From Candidatus Uhrbacteria bacterium (GTDB taxonomy: Bacteria > Patescibacteriota > Patescibacteriia > UBA9934 > GWF2-40-263), in the NCBI GenBank assembly GCA_016188495.1, contig JACPHU010000009.1, positions 13,650-77,649 on the forward strand: DNA of 64,000 bases. The letters are read 5' to 3'. Numbering within the stretch: the first letter of the stretch is position 1; the number at the start of each line of letters is the position of its first letter. Position numbers and translations under genes: made by a program. Under the pieces are notes generated by a model. It made no database searches. It was not told the DNA's origin and saw only the letters and a list, made by a program, of their open reading frames with translations. Below are positions 29,108 to 37,987 of the stretch, piece after piece.

Positions 29108-30478
29108 ATGATCCATTTTTATAACACCTTAACTCGTCAAAAAGAGGAATTTACGGCTATTCACGAAGGAAAAGTCGGGATGTATAGCTGTGGTCCTACG
29201 GTGTATTGGTTTGCCCATATCGGAAACATGCGCAGTTTTTTGTTTGCCGATATTTTGCGCCGAACGCTTGAACTTAATGGGTATGAGGTAAAGATGGTCA
29301 TGAATATTACCGACGTCGGCCATCTGACAGGAGATGTGGATGACGGGGAAGATAAAATGTTGGTGGCAATGCGACGCGAAGGAAAAACAGCGCAGGAGAT
29401 CGCCTTGTTTTATACGCAAGCCTTCATGGAGGATTTGCAACAGCTCAACATTAAACCAGCCCATCTTTATCCAAAGGCGACGGATCATATTCCTGAACAG
29501 ATCCAAATGGTTCGCCGATTAGAAAAAAACGGCTTTACGTATAAAACATCCGATGGCATTTATTTTGATACCTCCAAACTCCAACAGTATGGACGACTTT
29601 CGGGCCAGAAGAGCGAAGAGAAAAAAGCGGGGGCACGTGTAGAGATGGGGGAAAAAAGGAATGCAACGGATTTTGCCCTTTGGAAATTTTCTCCTCAAAA
29701 CAGTTCTCGCGACATGGAATGGGATTCCCCATGGGGGATAGGGTTTCCCGGATGGCATTTGGAATGTTCGGCTATGTCCATGAGGTATCTGGATGTTCCT
29801 TTTGATATTCATACAGGCGGCGTGGATCATATCGCCGTCCACCACGAAAACGAGATCGCTCAGACACAGGGTGCAGAAGGAGTTTTAGAGGCCAACGTCT
29901 GGATGCATAGCGAGTTTCTTACGGTCAATGACGGAAAGATGTCCAAATCTTTGGGTAATCTTTATACCGTGGAAGATTTACGCCAAAGAGGCTTTGATCC
30001 TCTTGTCTACCGTTACTTTGTGTTGGGAGCACATTATCGGTCCAAATTAAACTTTACGTTCGAGGGTCTCGAAGCTGCCAAAAATGCTCTCCTTAAACTT
30101 CGCGAAACCGTACGAGACTGGGATCACCCAGACATCGGATGTGCAGAAATGGAACAGAATTTTTTAGAAGCATTGAATGACGATCTCAATACCCCCCAGG
30201 CTCTGGCGATTGTCTGGGAGATGGTAAACGCTCCATTACCTTCTTCTGCTAAGGCCTACTCGCTTTTGTGGATGGATAAGATTCTGGGGTTACGTTTAGA
30301 GGAATTCATCGCTCAACCTCTTCAAGTTCCTTTAGAAATACAACAATTAGTAAATGAACGAGAACAGGCACGTCTTGCGAAAGACTGGGCGAAGTCAGAT
30401 CTTCTCCGTCAGGAAATAGAACAACGGGGATATTTCATTGAAGATACGCCAGAGGGAACAAAAGTGAAGAAAAATTAA
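29108..30478 (+). CDS. cysS: Cysteine--tRNA ligase
   Basis: YSCGPTVY, HIGN, GFPGWHLECS, HHENE and KMSKS motifs. Confidence 0.98.
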   Translation: MIHFYNTLTRQKEEFTAIHEGKVGMYSCGPTVYWFAHIGNMRSFLFADILRRTLELNGYEVKMVMNITDVGHLTGDVDDGEDKMLVAMRREGKTAQEIALFYTQAFMEDLQQLNIKPAHLYPKATDHIPEQIQMVRRLEKNGFTYKTSDGIYFDTSKLQQYGRLSGQKSEEKKAGARVEMGEKRNATDFALWKFSPQNSSRDMEWDSPWGIGFPGWHLECSAMSMRYLDVPFDIHTGGVDHIAVHHENEIAQTQGAEGVLEANVWMHSEFLTVNDGKMSKSLGNLYTVEDLRQRGFDPLVYRYFVLGAHYRSKLNFTFEGLEAAKNALLKLRETVRDWDHPDIGCAEMEQNFLEALNDDLNTPQALAIVWEMVNAPLPSSAKAYSLLWMDKILGLRLEEFIAQPLQVPLEIQQLVNEREQARLAKDWAKSDLLRQEIEQRGYFIEDTPEGTKVKKN

Positions 30479-30499
30479 TATTTTGCTGTTTTTATTAGG

Positions 30500-30545
30500 A
30501 ATTCTGTCAATAAATATTGACAGAATTGTTTTTTTCTGATAGATT
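30500..30545 (+). promoter_or_regulatory. Sigma70 promoter whose -35 is one arm of a 13-bp inverted repeat
   Basis: AATTCTGTCAATA-AA-TATTGACAGAATT; TTGACA-17-(TGn)TAGATT. Confidence 0.7.
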
Positions 30546-30614
30546 TTTCCGTTCTGATTTCCGTTCATTTTGAATTAAACAGAGAACAATAAGGATAGAG
30601 AAAGGAGACGAGCG

Positions 30615-31448
30615 ATGTTGTCCATTTTATCTGAGTCTTATTCAATTCTGGCGTTTGCCGTCGTGGCGTTTTTCTGGTTTTCTTATAAGCTCATAGATCT
30701 ATGTGAGTCTTATCAACAGACGCCGGGTAAGTTGATTTTTGCGACGATTGTCAGTGTTATTAGCACTATCATTTGCTTCATCGCGGGATGGATTGAGGCT
30801 GACGACATTGGAAGGTCTATTCCTTATTTTAGTACCCTGGCCGTACTGCTCGCTTCTTCCTTTTCCTTGTATTTCATAAAAAGCATCCTGGGAAAGGTGT
30901 TGGATGGGTGGCTCTGGGGATGGAAGATCTTTTCTACTCTAGGATCGAAATTCTTTTCTCGATTTAAGAAATTCGACCGGCGACAGCTTGTTTCCGAGGA
31001 TCGCATGGCTCAGGCTGATCGGATCCTTGAGCTCGTTCCTTCTCTAGATCGCATCGATCTTCGAAGCAAGGTGGGCGAGATCGTCGCACACTTTCTGCCA
31101 ACACTCCATGAGCAGAAACAGCGATTGCAGCAGAAAATTGAAAGGGTCAAAACTCTTGGCAATGCCGATGTCGTGCGTGAAAGCCTGAAGGCTCTGGAGC
31201 AGCAGATGGTTCTCAACGGCAAAAATATCCAGTCCTGTCATGATTTTCTCAACGCGGCCGAAGCCAAGCTTCTCGCTGCCAGCGAAGATGGCCAAGGATT
31301 GGAAGGGCTTTCCGATCTGTTTACAGGTCTGCTTTCGCAGATTCAGGTGAAATGTTCGGCCCTCGAACAGACCAATCGTCAGTTGCAGGAGATCGATGCG
31401 CCAGTTACTGGATTTCAGAGAAACCAGACAGTTGGTCAGATCTCTTGA
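30615..31448 (+). CDS. Hypothetical membrane protein with C-terminal coiled coil (orphan)
   Basis: AAGGAG SD, three N-terminal TMs, own terminator. Confidence 0.8.
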   Translation: MLSILSESYSILAFAVVAFFWFSYKLIDLCESYQQTPGKLIFATIVSVISTIICFIAGWIEADDIGRSIPYFSTLAVLLASSFSLYFIKSILGKVLDGWLWGWKIFSTLGSKFFSRFKKFDRRQLVSEDRMAQADRILELVPSLDRIDLRSKVGEIVAHFLPTLHEQKQRLQQKIERVKTLGNADVVRESLKALEQQMVLNGKNIQSCHDFLNAAEAKLLAASEDGQGLEGLSDLFTGLLSQIQVKCSALEQTNRQLQEIDAPVTGFQRNQTVGQIS

Positions 31449-31524
31449 TCTTCAGAGAGAACGCAAACCGCATAAGTTGCATACTTATGCGGTTTTTCTT
31501 TATTGTGGTAAAATAATCGATGAT

Positions 31525-32082
31525 ATGCCTAAAGATGCACGATTTATTGATCCGGAGTCATCCAAAAAAAAGAGAGGCCGTGTTGAGACGCGTGAAGCGT
31601 CACCCGTTCCTTCTACATTGGAAACGGTTTCGGAACTTCCCTCCGCCGTTGAGACCAAGCAAGAACAACCCGAGCATTTTTTAGAAGGGGAAAGAGAGAT
31701 CGTACAAAAAGAAGCCTCATTGCCAGGCCGTCTTTCAACGACTCGCAAAACGGTTGCCAAGAAAAAAATTCAAGAAGATCGTTTGGAAGAGGAAATTGAG
31801 GATATTTTAGAAGAGGATCTAAAAGAATTATATTTATCTCTTCCTCCGAAAAAACAAGCCGAGTTCCGTTTGAAAGGAGAAGAAACGCGTTCACGCATTC
31901 GACAACTCGCCGGATCGTTGAAAATCAATGCAAAGAAAATTTTTCAACTGATCCGTGCGTGGTTAAAGGTGATTCCTGGCGTGAATCGATTTTTTCTTGA
32001 ACAGGCGGCGAAAATAAAAACAGATAAAATTTTGATGGTTGCAGAAGAAGAGCAAAAACAAAAACAAAAAGAAACCATGTGA
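31525..32082 (+). CDS. Conserved hypothetical protein upstream of the VirD4-like ATPase
   Basis: IEDILEEDL...WLKVIPGVNRFFLEQAAKIKTDKI; overlaps the next start (GTGA). Confidence 0.8.
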   Translation: MPKDARFIDPESSKKKRGRVETREASPVPSTLETVSELPSAVETKQEQPEHFLEGEREIVQKEASLPGRLSTTRKTVAKKKIQEDRLEEEIEDILEEDLKELYLSLPPKKQAEFRLKGEETRSRIRQLAGSLKINAKKIFQLIRAWLKVIPGVNRFFLEQAAKIKTDKILMVAEEEQKQKQKETM

Positions 32083-34616
32083 TTTCCTTATTACAATTCG
32101 GCTTAGAAACAGATCCTCAATTGATTAAAACCGTAACAGCGTCGGCAGATTTTTCCATCCCGCCGTTTATCTTGTGGGGGTCGTTGCTGTTGGTTTTTTT
32201 GTTTTGTCTATTGTACGTATTGAGGTTTTTTATCAGACGTCTTTCGCTGGCCAGACAGGCTACGTTTCATCGTGTCACACTGCTGATTACGTTGCCAAAA
32301 TTCAGGCGCGAAGAAGAAAGTGAGAAAGGTCCTTCTAAGGATCAGGTCAAAGAAGCGATTGCTGCTGCGGAATCTTTTTTTTCCTCTCTTGGAGGTTTAA
32401 CGGTGCATCATGGTTTTAAATCGTGGCTGTTTGGACGTCATGACGAGTTTTCTTTTGAGATTGTCGTTGAGAAGAAATTGATCAAATTTTTTGTTACCGT
32501 TCCTGTCGAATTGCGTGATTTTTTGGAACAGCAATTATCGGCTGCTTATCCTGATTCGTTTACAGAAGAAGTCGAAGATTACAATATTTTTAAACCGGAC
32601 GGTGTCATTTTAGGAAGCCACCTCGTGTTGCGCCGTATCAGTTCCTTTCCGATTAAAACCTATACACAATTAGAGAAAGATCCTTTAAATACGATCACAA
32701 ACGTATTATCAAAAATTCCTGACGGAGACGGAGCCGCCTTTCAATTTCTTGTTCGGTCTTCTCAAGCAAAATGGAGAAACAGAGGAATAAAAATCGCTTC
32801 AAACATGCAACAGGGAATGAAGCTTGAAGAGGCTCTTCGTGGAAAAAAGAAAGGCAAGAGCAGTAGCTGGATGGAGTTGTCCGGCTTGAGCAGTCCCAAT
32901 AAGTCTCAAGAACCGCAGAAAGATTATCGTCTTTCTCCTTTAGAAGAACAGGTAGTCAAAGGGTTGGAAGAAAAGGCGAGTAAAGCCGGAATGGATGTGT
33001 GTATTCGGTTAGTGACTTGTTCGAAGTCAGCTGCTTCTGCACAAACTCTTTTGCAAAACATGCTCAACGTGTTTGCTCAATACAATATTTATGAGTATGG
33101 CAATTCGTTTGTAAAATCACTTCCTCATCGCAAAACGCGTTTAATTAAAGATTTTATTTATCGAGCTTTCGATGAGCAGCGAACGATCGTTCTCAACGCA
33201 GAAGAAATGGCGAGTTTATGGCACCTTCCTTTGCCTTGGACAGAGACTCCTAATATCAAATGGTTAGGATCTCGAAAAGGTCCCGCACCATCAGGGATTC
33301 CCGGACCAGAGGAAGGGGATATTGAGTTGGGTTACAACATGTTTCGCGGTATTAAAACTCCTATTTGGATGAACGCGATTGATCGTACTCGTCACATGTA
33401 CATCGTCGGAAAGTCGGGTTCTGGTAAATCTCAGCTGATTGCCAGGCTTGCGATTCAGGACATTCAGGCAGGACACGGCGTGGCCGTGGTAGAGCCTCAT
33501 GGAGATTTGGTGGAGTTGATTTTAAGGAATATTCCAAAAGAGCGGGTGGATGACGTTATTTTGTTTGATCCTTCCGATCTGGAACGACCGATGGGTCTTA
33601 ACATGCTTGAAGCCCCCACAGAGACCATGAAGGATTTTGCGGTTCAAGAAATGATTTCTGTTTTTTATAAATTGTTTCCACCGGAAATGATTGGTCCGAT
33701 GTTCGAGCACCAGATGCGCAATTTCATGCTGACTCTGATGTCCGACTTTGAAAATCCAGGGACGATTGCAGAGATCCCCCGCATGGTCACAGATAAAAAA
33801 TTTCAAGATAAGTGGCGGGCAAAATTGAAAGATCCTGTCGTTCGAAGCTTTTGGGAGGATGAAATTGATAACACCAGCGACTATCATAAATCAGAAATGA
33901 TGGGATATCTCGTTTCTAAAGTAGGACGTTTCGTGGAAAACGAGATGATGCGCAATATTATCGGCCAATCAAAGTCCAGCTTCAGTTTTCGTGAAGTGAT
34001 GGACCAGAAGAAAATTTTGCTCGTTAACCTTTCCAAGGGAAAAACAGGAGATGTAAATGCGGAACTATTAGGTTTGGTTATCGTGTCCAAGCTGCAGATG
34101 GCCGCTTTGACGCGTGCGGATATTCCAGAAGATCAACGCCATGATTTTTATCTGTATATTGACGAGTTCCAAAATTTTATTACGGATTCCATCGCAACCA
34201 TTTTGTCTGAAGCGCGTAAATATCGTTTGAATTTGATTATCGCCCATCAATACATCGGGCAGCTGGTAAAAAATAACGATACGAAAATTCGCGAAGCGGT
34301 GTTTGGAAACGTGGGAACAAACTTTGTGGCCCGTATCGGTCCTGAGGACGTAGAAACCTTAGGGAAAATTTATTCCCCCGAGTTTTCTGGATACGATCTT
34401 ATCAATTCAGACAAATTTACCTGGTACGTAAAAATGATCGTTGATAATGCCCAACAGAAACCGTTTACCTTGAACTTTACCCCTCCGCCAAAAGGCGACA
34501 CAGAGTTGGCCTCAGCCATCAAACAGCTATCGCGTCTAAAGTACGGAAGAGATCGTGCGCTGGTGGAAGCCGAAATTATGGAGCGCACTCAATTAGATGG
34601 TTCAGGGCGTTTATAG
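32079..34616 (+). CDS. VirD4/TrwB/HerA-like membrane-anchored ATPase
   Basis: N-terminal TM; DRTRHMYIVGKSGSGKS, EPHGDL, LYIDEFQNF, LSEARKYRL..AHQYIGQL. Confidence 0.9.
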   Translation: MISLLQFGLETDPQLIKTVTASADFSIPPFILWGSLLLVFLFCLLYVLRFFIRRLSLARQATFHRVTLLITLPKFRREEESEKGPSKDQVKEAIAAAESFFSSLGGLTVHHGFKSWLFGRHDEFSFEIVVEKKLIKFFVTVPVELRDFLEQQLSAAYPDSFTEEVEDYNIFKPDGVILGSHLVLRRISSFPIKTYTQLEKDPLNTITNVLSKIPDGDGAAFQFLVRSSQAKWRNRGIKIASNMQQGMKLEEALRGKKKGKSSSWMELSGLSSPNKSQEPQKDYRLSPLEEQVVKGLEEKASKAGMDVCIRLVTCSKSAASAQTLLQNMLNVFAQYNIYEYGNSFVKSLPHRKTRLIKDFIYRAFDEQRTIVLNAEEMASLWHLPLPWTETPNIKWLGSRKGPAPSGIPGPEEGDIELGYNMFRGIKTPIWMNAIDRTRHMYIVGKSGSGKSQLIARLAIQDIQAGHGVAVVEPHGDLVELILRNIPKERVDDVILFDPSDLERPMGLNMLEAPTETMKDFAVQEMISVFYKLFPPEMIGPMFEHQMRNFMLTLMSDFENPGTIAEIPRMVTDKKFQDKWRAKLKDPVVRSFWEDEIDNTSDYHKSEMMGYLVSKVGRFVENEMMRNIIGQSKSSFSFREVMDQKKILLVNLSKGKTGDVNAELLGLVIVSKLQMAALTRADIPEDQRHDFYLYIDEFQNFITDSIATILSEARKYRLNLIIAHQYIGQLVKNNDTKIREAVFGNVGTNFVARIGPEDVETLGKIYSPEFSGYDLINSDKFTWYVKMIVDNAQQKPFTLNFTPPPKGDTELASAIKQLSRLKYGRDRALVEAEIMERTQLDGSGRL

Positions 34617-34816
34617 GAGATTTCTTCAAAACTCGCGATCTTACCTTTCACGGGGCCCCATTGGCTCGTCAGTCTTCGGCAAGCTCAGACTGACCCTGAG
34701 TCTATCGAAGGGTCACTGTATGTGAATACAGCTCTGTCGCCAACCCGCCCGGCCTTATGTCCGTTCGGACGGGTTTCCCCGTTCAAGGCAATCTCATCGA
34801 GTTTTGAAGAAATCTC
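34617..34816. mobile_element. MITE-like palindromic element, copy 1 (with nested modules)
   Basis: 19-bp perfect TIR GAGATTTCTTCAAAACTCG/CGAGTTTTGAAGAAATCTC; arms homologous to 57512-57641. Confidence 0.8.
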
Positions 34817-34832
34817 TCAACATATTTTATTT

Positions 34833-35453
34833 ATGATGCAGGAATACGACATTGACGAAACTCTTTTTGATTGCGAGCCCGATGTTGAAGTTCATGCCAA
34901 TAAACGTGAACATGCAGATACTCGTAATCGACTGGCTTTGCAGATGCTCAAACATACCAGAGACAGCCTCAATCACGTGATCCAGTTATTAGAAGAGGGC
35001 GATACGACCAAAGCAACCCGGCAATTGGTAGATTTTGTTTCTCGTAAAAAAACGACGGAGGCTGACTTAGAATCGGCTACGGGCTCGCGGGTGATCGAGG
35101 GGGTTTTTGACGGCCAGGGAATGGTTGGAGGAGATGGGATCCGATATCTTGTTTCAGAAAATTACGCCTCTAAGTCCAAGCTGGTTGAGGGAGACATGCT
35201 TAAGCTGATCATTCAGCCGGATGGAACTCATATTTTCAAGCAAATAGGGCCTGTTGAGCGTCGTCGGTTTGTTGGAGTGCTCTCACAAGATTCATCCACA
35301 CAAAGTCCCGTTGTTGTCTGTGGCGACTGCGTGTATAAAGTACTGGCAGCCAGTGTTTCTTATTTTAAAATAATTCCTGGCGATGAGGTCGTGATCCTCC
35401 TTCCTGCGGGTGGAACCTCTGTTTGGGCGGCGGTCGAACGCTTAAATTCATAA
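34833..35453 (+). CDS. Conserved hypothetical protein
   Basis: VIEGVFDGQGM...ENYASKSKLVEGDMLKL...FKQIGPVER. The track start at 34722 lies inside the MITE. Confidence 0.8.
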   Translation: MMQEYDIDETLFDCEPDVEVHANKREHADTRNRLALQMLKHTRDSLNHVIQLLEEGDTTKATRQLVDFVSRKKTTEADLESATGSRVIEGVFDGQGMVGGDGIRYLVSENYASKSKLVEGDMLKLIIQPDGTHIFKQIGPVERRRFVGVLSQDSSTQSPVVVCGDCVYKVLAASVSYFKIIPGDEVVILLPAGGTSVWAAVERLNS

Positions 35454-35472
35454 AGCTGCCCCTTTTTTATTT

Positions 35473-36975
35473 ATGGCAAAAGTGCTTTATCGTGTTTATC
35501 GACCATCTACGTTTGAACAGGTAAGCGGACAGGAGCATGTTGTTTTGACCATTCAAAATCAATACGCTTTCGGATCTTTAGCTCATGCCTATCTTTTTAC
35601 AGGTCCTCGGGGAGTAGGAAAAACAACGATGGCGCGCTTGATTGCGAAGCTCGTCAATTGTGAGGCTCCTCAAACAAACGAACCGTGTAACGCCTGTTCT
35701 GCCTGTCTTGCGATTATTGAGGGACATACGTTGGATATTTACGAAATTGATGCGGCTTCTCATACAGATGTCGACAATGTCCGCGAAAACATCATTCAAT
35801 CCGTTCGGTTTGTTCCAAATCAGCTAAAGAAAAAAGTGTACATTATTGACGAGGCACACATGCTTTCGTCTTCTGCGTTTAATGCTTTACTTAAAACGCT
35901 TGAAGAACCTCCTGAACACGTCTTGTTTCTTTTGGCCACTACCGAAATTCACAAAGTTCCAGAAACCATTATTAGCCGATGTCAGCGTTTTGATTTCAAG
36001 CGTCTGAGCTCCCAGGAACTGGTGAAACGAATGCAGGGGATTGTTAAAGAAGAAAACGTGGAAGTAGACGTAGAGGTTCTTGAAGAAATTGCCCGTCATA
36101 GTGGCGGATGTGCGCGCGATGCGGAAAGTTTACTCGGCCAAGTATTGGCGTTGGGCGACAAACAGATCACCCTAGATCAAGCGCGTTTAGTGTTGCCTGC
36201 GACTCAGCGAGTATTGGTAGAATCGTTTACACATGCCCTCCAAGACAAACAGGCAGCTCAGGCGATTCTGTTGTTAAATACCTATCTCGAACAAGGCGTT
36301 GATTTGGATTATTTTATTTCCGATATCATTGGATGGTTTCGAGATCGTCTGTTGGAGACGGTTTCTGTCGCCCCAATGTCTGATCACATTCCTTTTTTTC
36401 AACACGCACTTGAACAGTTATTAAGAGCTCAAAAAGAATGTGGACGAGAACAGATCCCTCAGCTTCCTATTGAGTTAGCCATCCTTAAAATTTGTGGGTT
36501 GAATTTTCACCAACAGGGGGTTGATTCAAGCCCGGTGATTTCTAAATCTCAAGATAAAACCGTCTCTATTGAAGTACCACCTGAAGCACCTCTTCCACCA
36601 AAAATAGAAGAAGCTGTTGTTTCAGAAGTGGTAAAAACAGTTTTTGATACGGTTCCTGTGTTGAGTTTGGATCAAGTGAAACAGAAGTGGCCTGAGGTGT
36701 ATGAGCAAATCAAAGCTTGTAACGCTTCCTTGCCGTTGATGATGCAATCTTGTGAAATTACCGGGCTTGACGGCGATCATGTGGAATTGGGATTCGAATA
36801 CGATTTATATGTTCAAACCGTGAATCAAGAAAAAAATCGTCTTGTGATTGAGGGGGTACTTGAACAGGTTTTAGGTAAGCGATTGCGTGTGAGAGCCATT
36901 CAGTCAAAGAATAAGCCCGAACAGGATGAAACGATACAGAGTCTTGTACAAGAATTCGGAGGAGGTCTCATTTAG
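35473..36975 (+). CDS. dnaX: DNA polymerase III subunit gamma/tau
   Basis: LYRVYRP, GPRGVGKTT, EIDAAS, IIDEAHML, LLKTLEEPP, TIISRCQ. Confidence 0.97.
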   Translation: MAKVLYRVYRPSTFEQVSGQEHVVLTIQNQYAFGSLAHAYLFTGPRGVGKTTMARLIAKLVNCEAPQTNEPCNACSACLAIIEGHTLDIYEIDAASHTDVDNVRENIIQSVRFVPNQLKKKVYIIDEAHMLSSSAFNALLKTLEEPPEHVLFLLATTEIHKVPETIISRCQRFDFKRLSSQELVKRMQGIVKEENVEVDVEVLEEIARHSGGCARDAESLLGQVLALGDKQITLDQARLVLPATQRVLVESFTHALQDKQAAQAILLLNTYLEQGVDLDYFISDIIGWFRDRLLETVSVAPMSDHIPFFQHALEQLLRAQKECGREQIPQLPIELAILKICGLNFHQQGVDSSPVISKSQDKTVSIEVPPEAPLPPKIEEAVVSEVVKTVFDTVPVLSLDQVKQKWPEVYEQIKACNASLPLMMQSCEITGLDGDHVELGFEYDLYVQTVNQEKNRLVIEGVLEQVLGKRLRVRAIQSKNKPEQDETIQSLVQEFGGGLI

Positions 36976-37025
36976 AGAAAGAAAAACCCGCTGGTGTACA
37001 GCGGGTCTGAGAGAGATCTCTGTTC

Positions 37026-37361
37026 TTAAGGTTTTTTCTGCTGTCTTACGTTGAACTCCCCATCAGAAGTTTGTTTTCCGTCACGGGTTATTTTGAAACG
37101 ACCCTTTATCTGGCCATTTGTTTGTTCTGCGACTCCACCGATTCGGTGGATTTCAGGATGACCGGATTGTCCATTGGTTGCCCAAGGTTCATTTTCAAAG
37201 CGGCCTTGTTGCACATGAATTTCTGCTTCTCCCACCCCATGGATGGTTAGACGATGTTTTCCTCCGTCGATTTCCACCATGTCTACTCTGCGTGCATTCC
37301 TATTTCCATTGGGGGTGGTGATATGCGCATGCCCCTTGTACGTTGGTCCGGTTTCAGACAT
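37026..37361 (-). CDS. Hypothetical protein (orphan)
   Basis: TAAGGAGG SD and a TTGACA-17-TACTGT promoter on the minus strand. Confidence 0.7.
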   Translation of the reverse strand: MSETGPTYKGHAHITTPNGNRNARRVDMVEIDGGKHRLTIHGVGEAEIHVQQGRFENEPWATNGQSGHPEIHRIGGVAEQTNGQIKGRFKITRDGKQTSDGEFNVRQQKKP

Positions 37362-37444
37362 CGATACCTCCTTATAGTGGTTTAAGATCTTGAAAGACAG
37401 TAATTTTTTTCTGTTTATTTGTCAAAAAGAAGAAGTTTCCTCTC

Positions 37445-37473
37445 TTGAAAGAAAAAGAGAGATTAGGTACTAT
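37445..37473 (+). promoter_or_regulatory. Promoter of tRNA-Gln
   Basis: TTGAAA-17 nt-TACTAT. Confidence 0.6.
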
Positions 37474-37514
37474 TTCGTGGTCAAAGATACATTTAGTGAG
37501 CTTTCGCAACATGA

Positions 37515-37690
37515 GCTTACATCCCGGATCTGACTAGGTGTCAGATTCCGGTCGCTAAGTTTGGAAATGTTCAAACTCCGTTTGATTATTTCGTTTACTA
37601 CGCTCCCGGAGGCGGTAGAAACCGCATCCGGTCGCTCCGTTCGGCAGAAACAAGATCTGATCTTGTTTCTGCGCTCACTACGCTCCCGGA
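37515..37690 (+). repeat. ~80-nt-period array of conserved motifs with variable palindromic spacers in the tRNA-Gln leader
   Basis: ACTACGCTCCCGGA at 37597 and 37677 (partial copy ending 37528); TCCGGTCGCT at 37547 and 37627. Confidence 0.75.
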
Positions 37691-37757
37691 TCGTCTAACG
37701 GCAGGACGACTGGTTCTGGTCCAGTTAATCGGGGTTCGAATCCCTGTCCGGGAACCA
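37684..37757 (+). tRNA. tRNA-Gln (CTG)
   Basis: TCCCGGA/TCCGGGA acceptor, ACTGG-TT-CTG-GT-CCAGT anticodon arm, GGTTCGAATCC, CCA. Confidence 0.96.
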
Positions 37758-37793
37758 ACAAAAGAACTCACCTTATCGGTGAGTTCTTTTGTT
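37757..37793 (+). terminator. Terminator after tRNA-Gln
   Basis: AACAAAAGAACTCACC-TTATC-GGTGAGTTCTTTTGTT. Confidence 0.85.
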
Positions 37794-37933
37794 TTGAGGA
37801 CAGGGATTCGAACGGGAAGGGTTTTGGGAAGCACCTGTTTCTCCATCAGGCCTGATTTTGAAATTTCCTGACGAGGATCGAAAAGATAGCGATGAGGAAC
37901 AATTCTGGCCATTTCTGCCAACACCTCCAGCCG

Positions 37934-37987
37934 AAATAATCATTTCTGTCAACTCTTATTGACAGAAATGATTATTTTTGGTAAAAG
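37934..37987 (+). promoter_or_regulatory. Promoter whose -35 is embedded in a perfect 19-bp inverted repeat
   Basis: AAATAATCATTTCTGTCAA-CTCTTA-TTGACAGAAATGATTATTT; -10 TAAAAG at 17 nt. Confidence 0.65.

Noticed and set aside
32079-34616. Conjugative element around the VirD4-like ATPase
   Set aside because: No relaxase, VirB genes or boundaries; it sits in core-gene context
34722-34832. N-terminal extension of the hypothetical protein
   Set aside because: Lies inside the MITE; ATG 34833 is the more plausible start
37515-37690. CRISPR array
   Set aside because: Only 2-3 units, two alternating motifs, palindromic spacers and no cas genes; reported as a different repeat type
37598-37924. 108-aa minus-strand ORF
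   Set aside because: Runs antisense through tRNA-Gln, its terminator and repeats; shadow ORF
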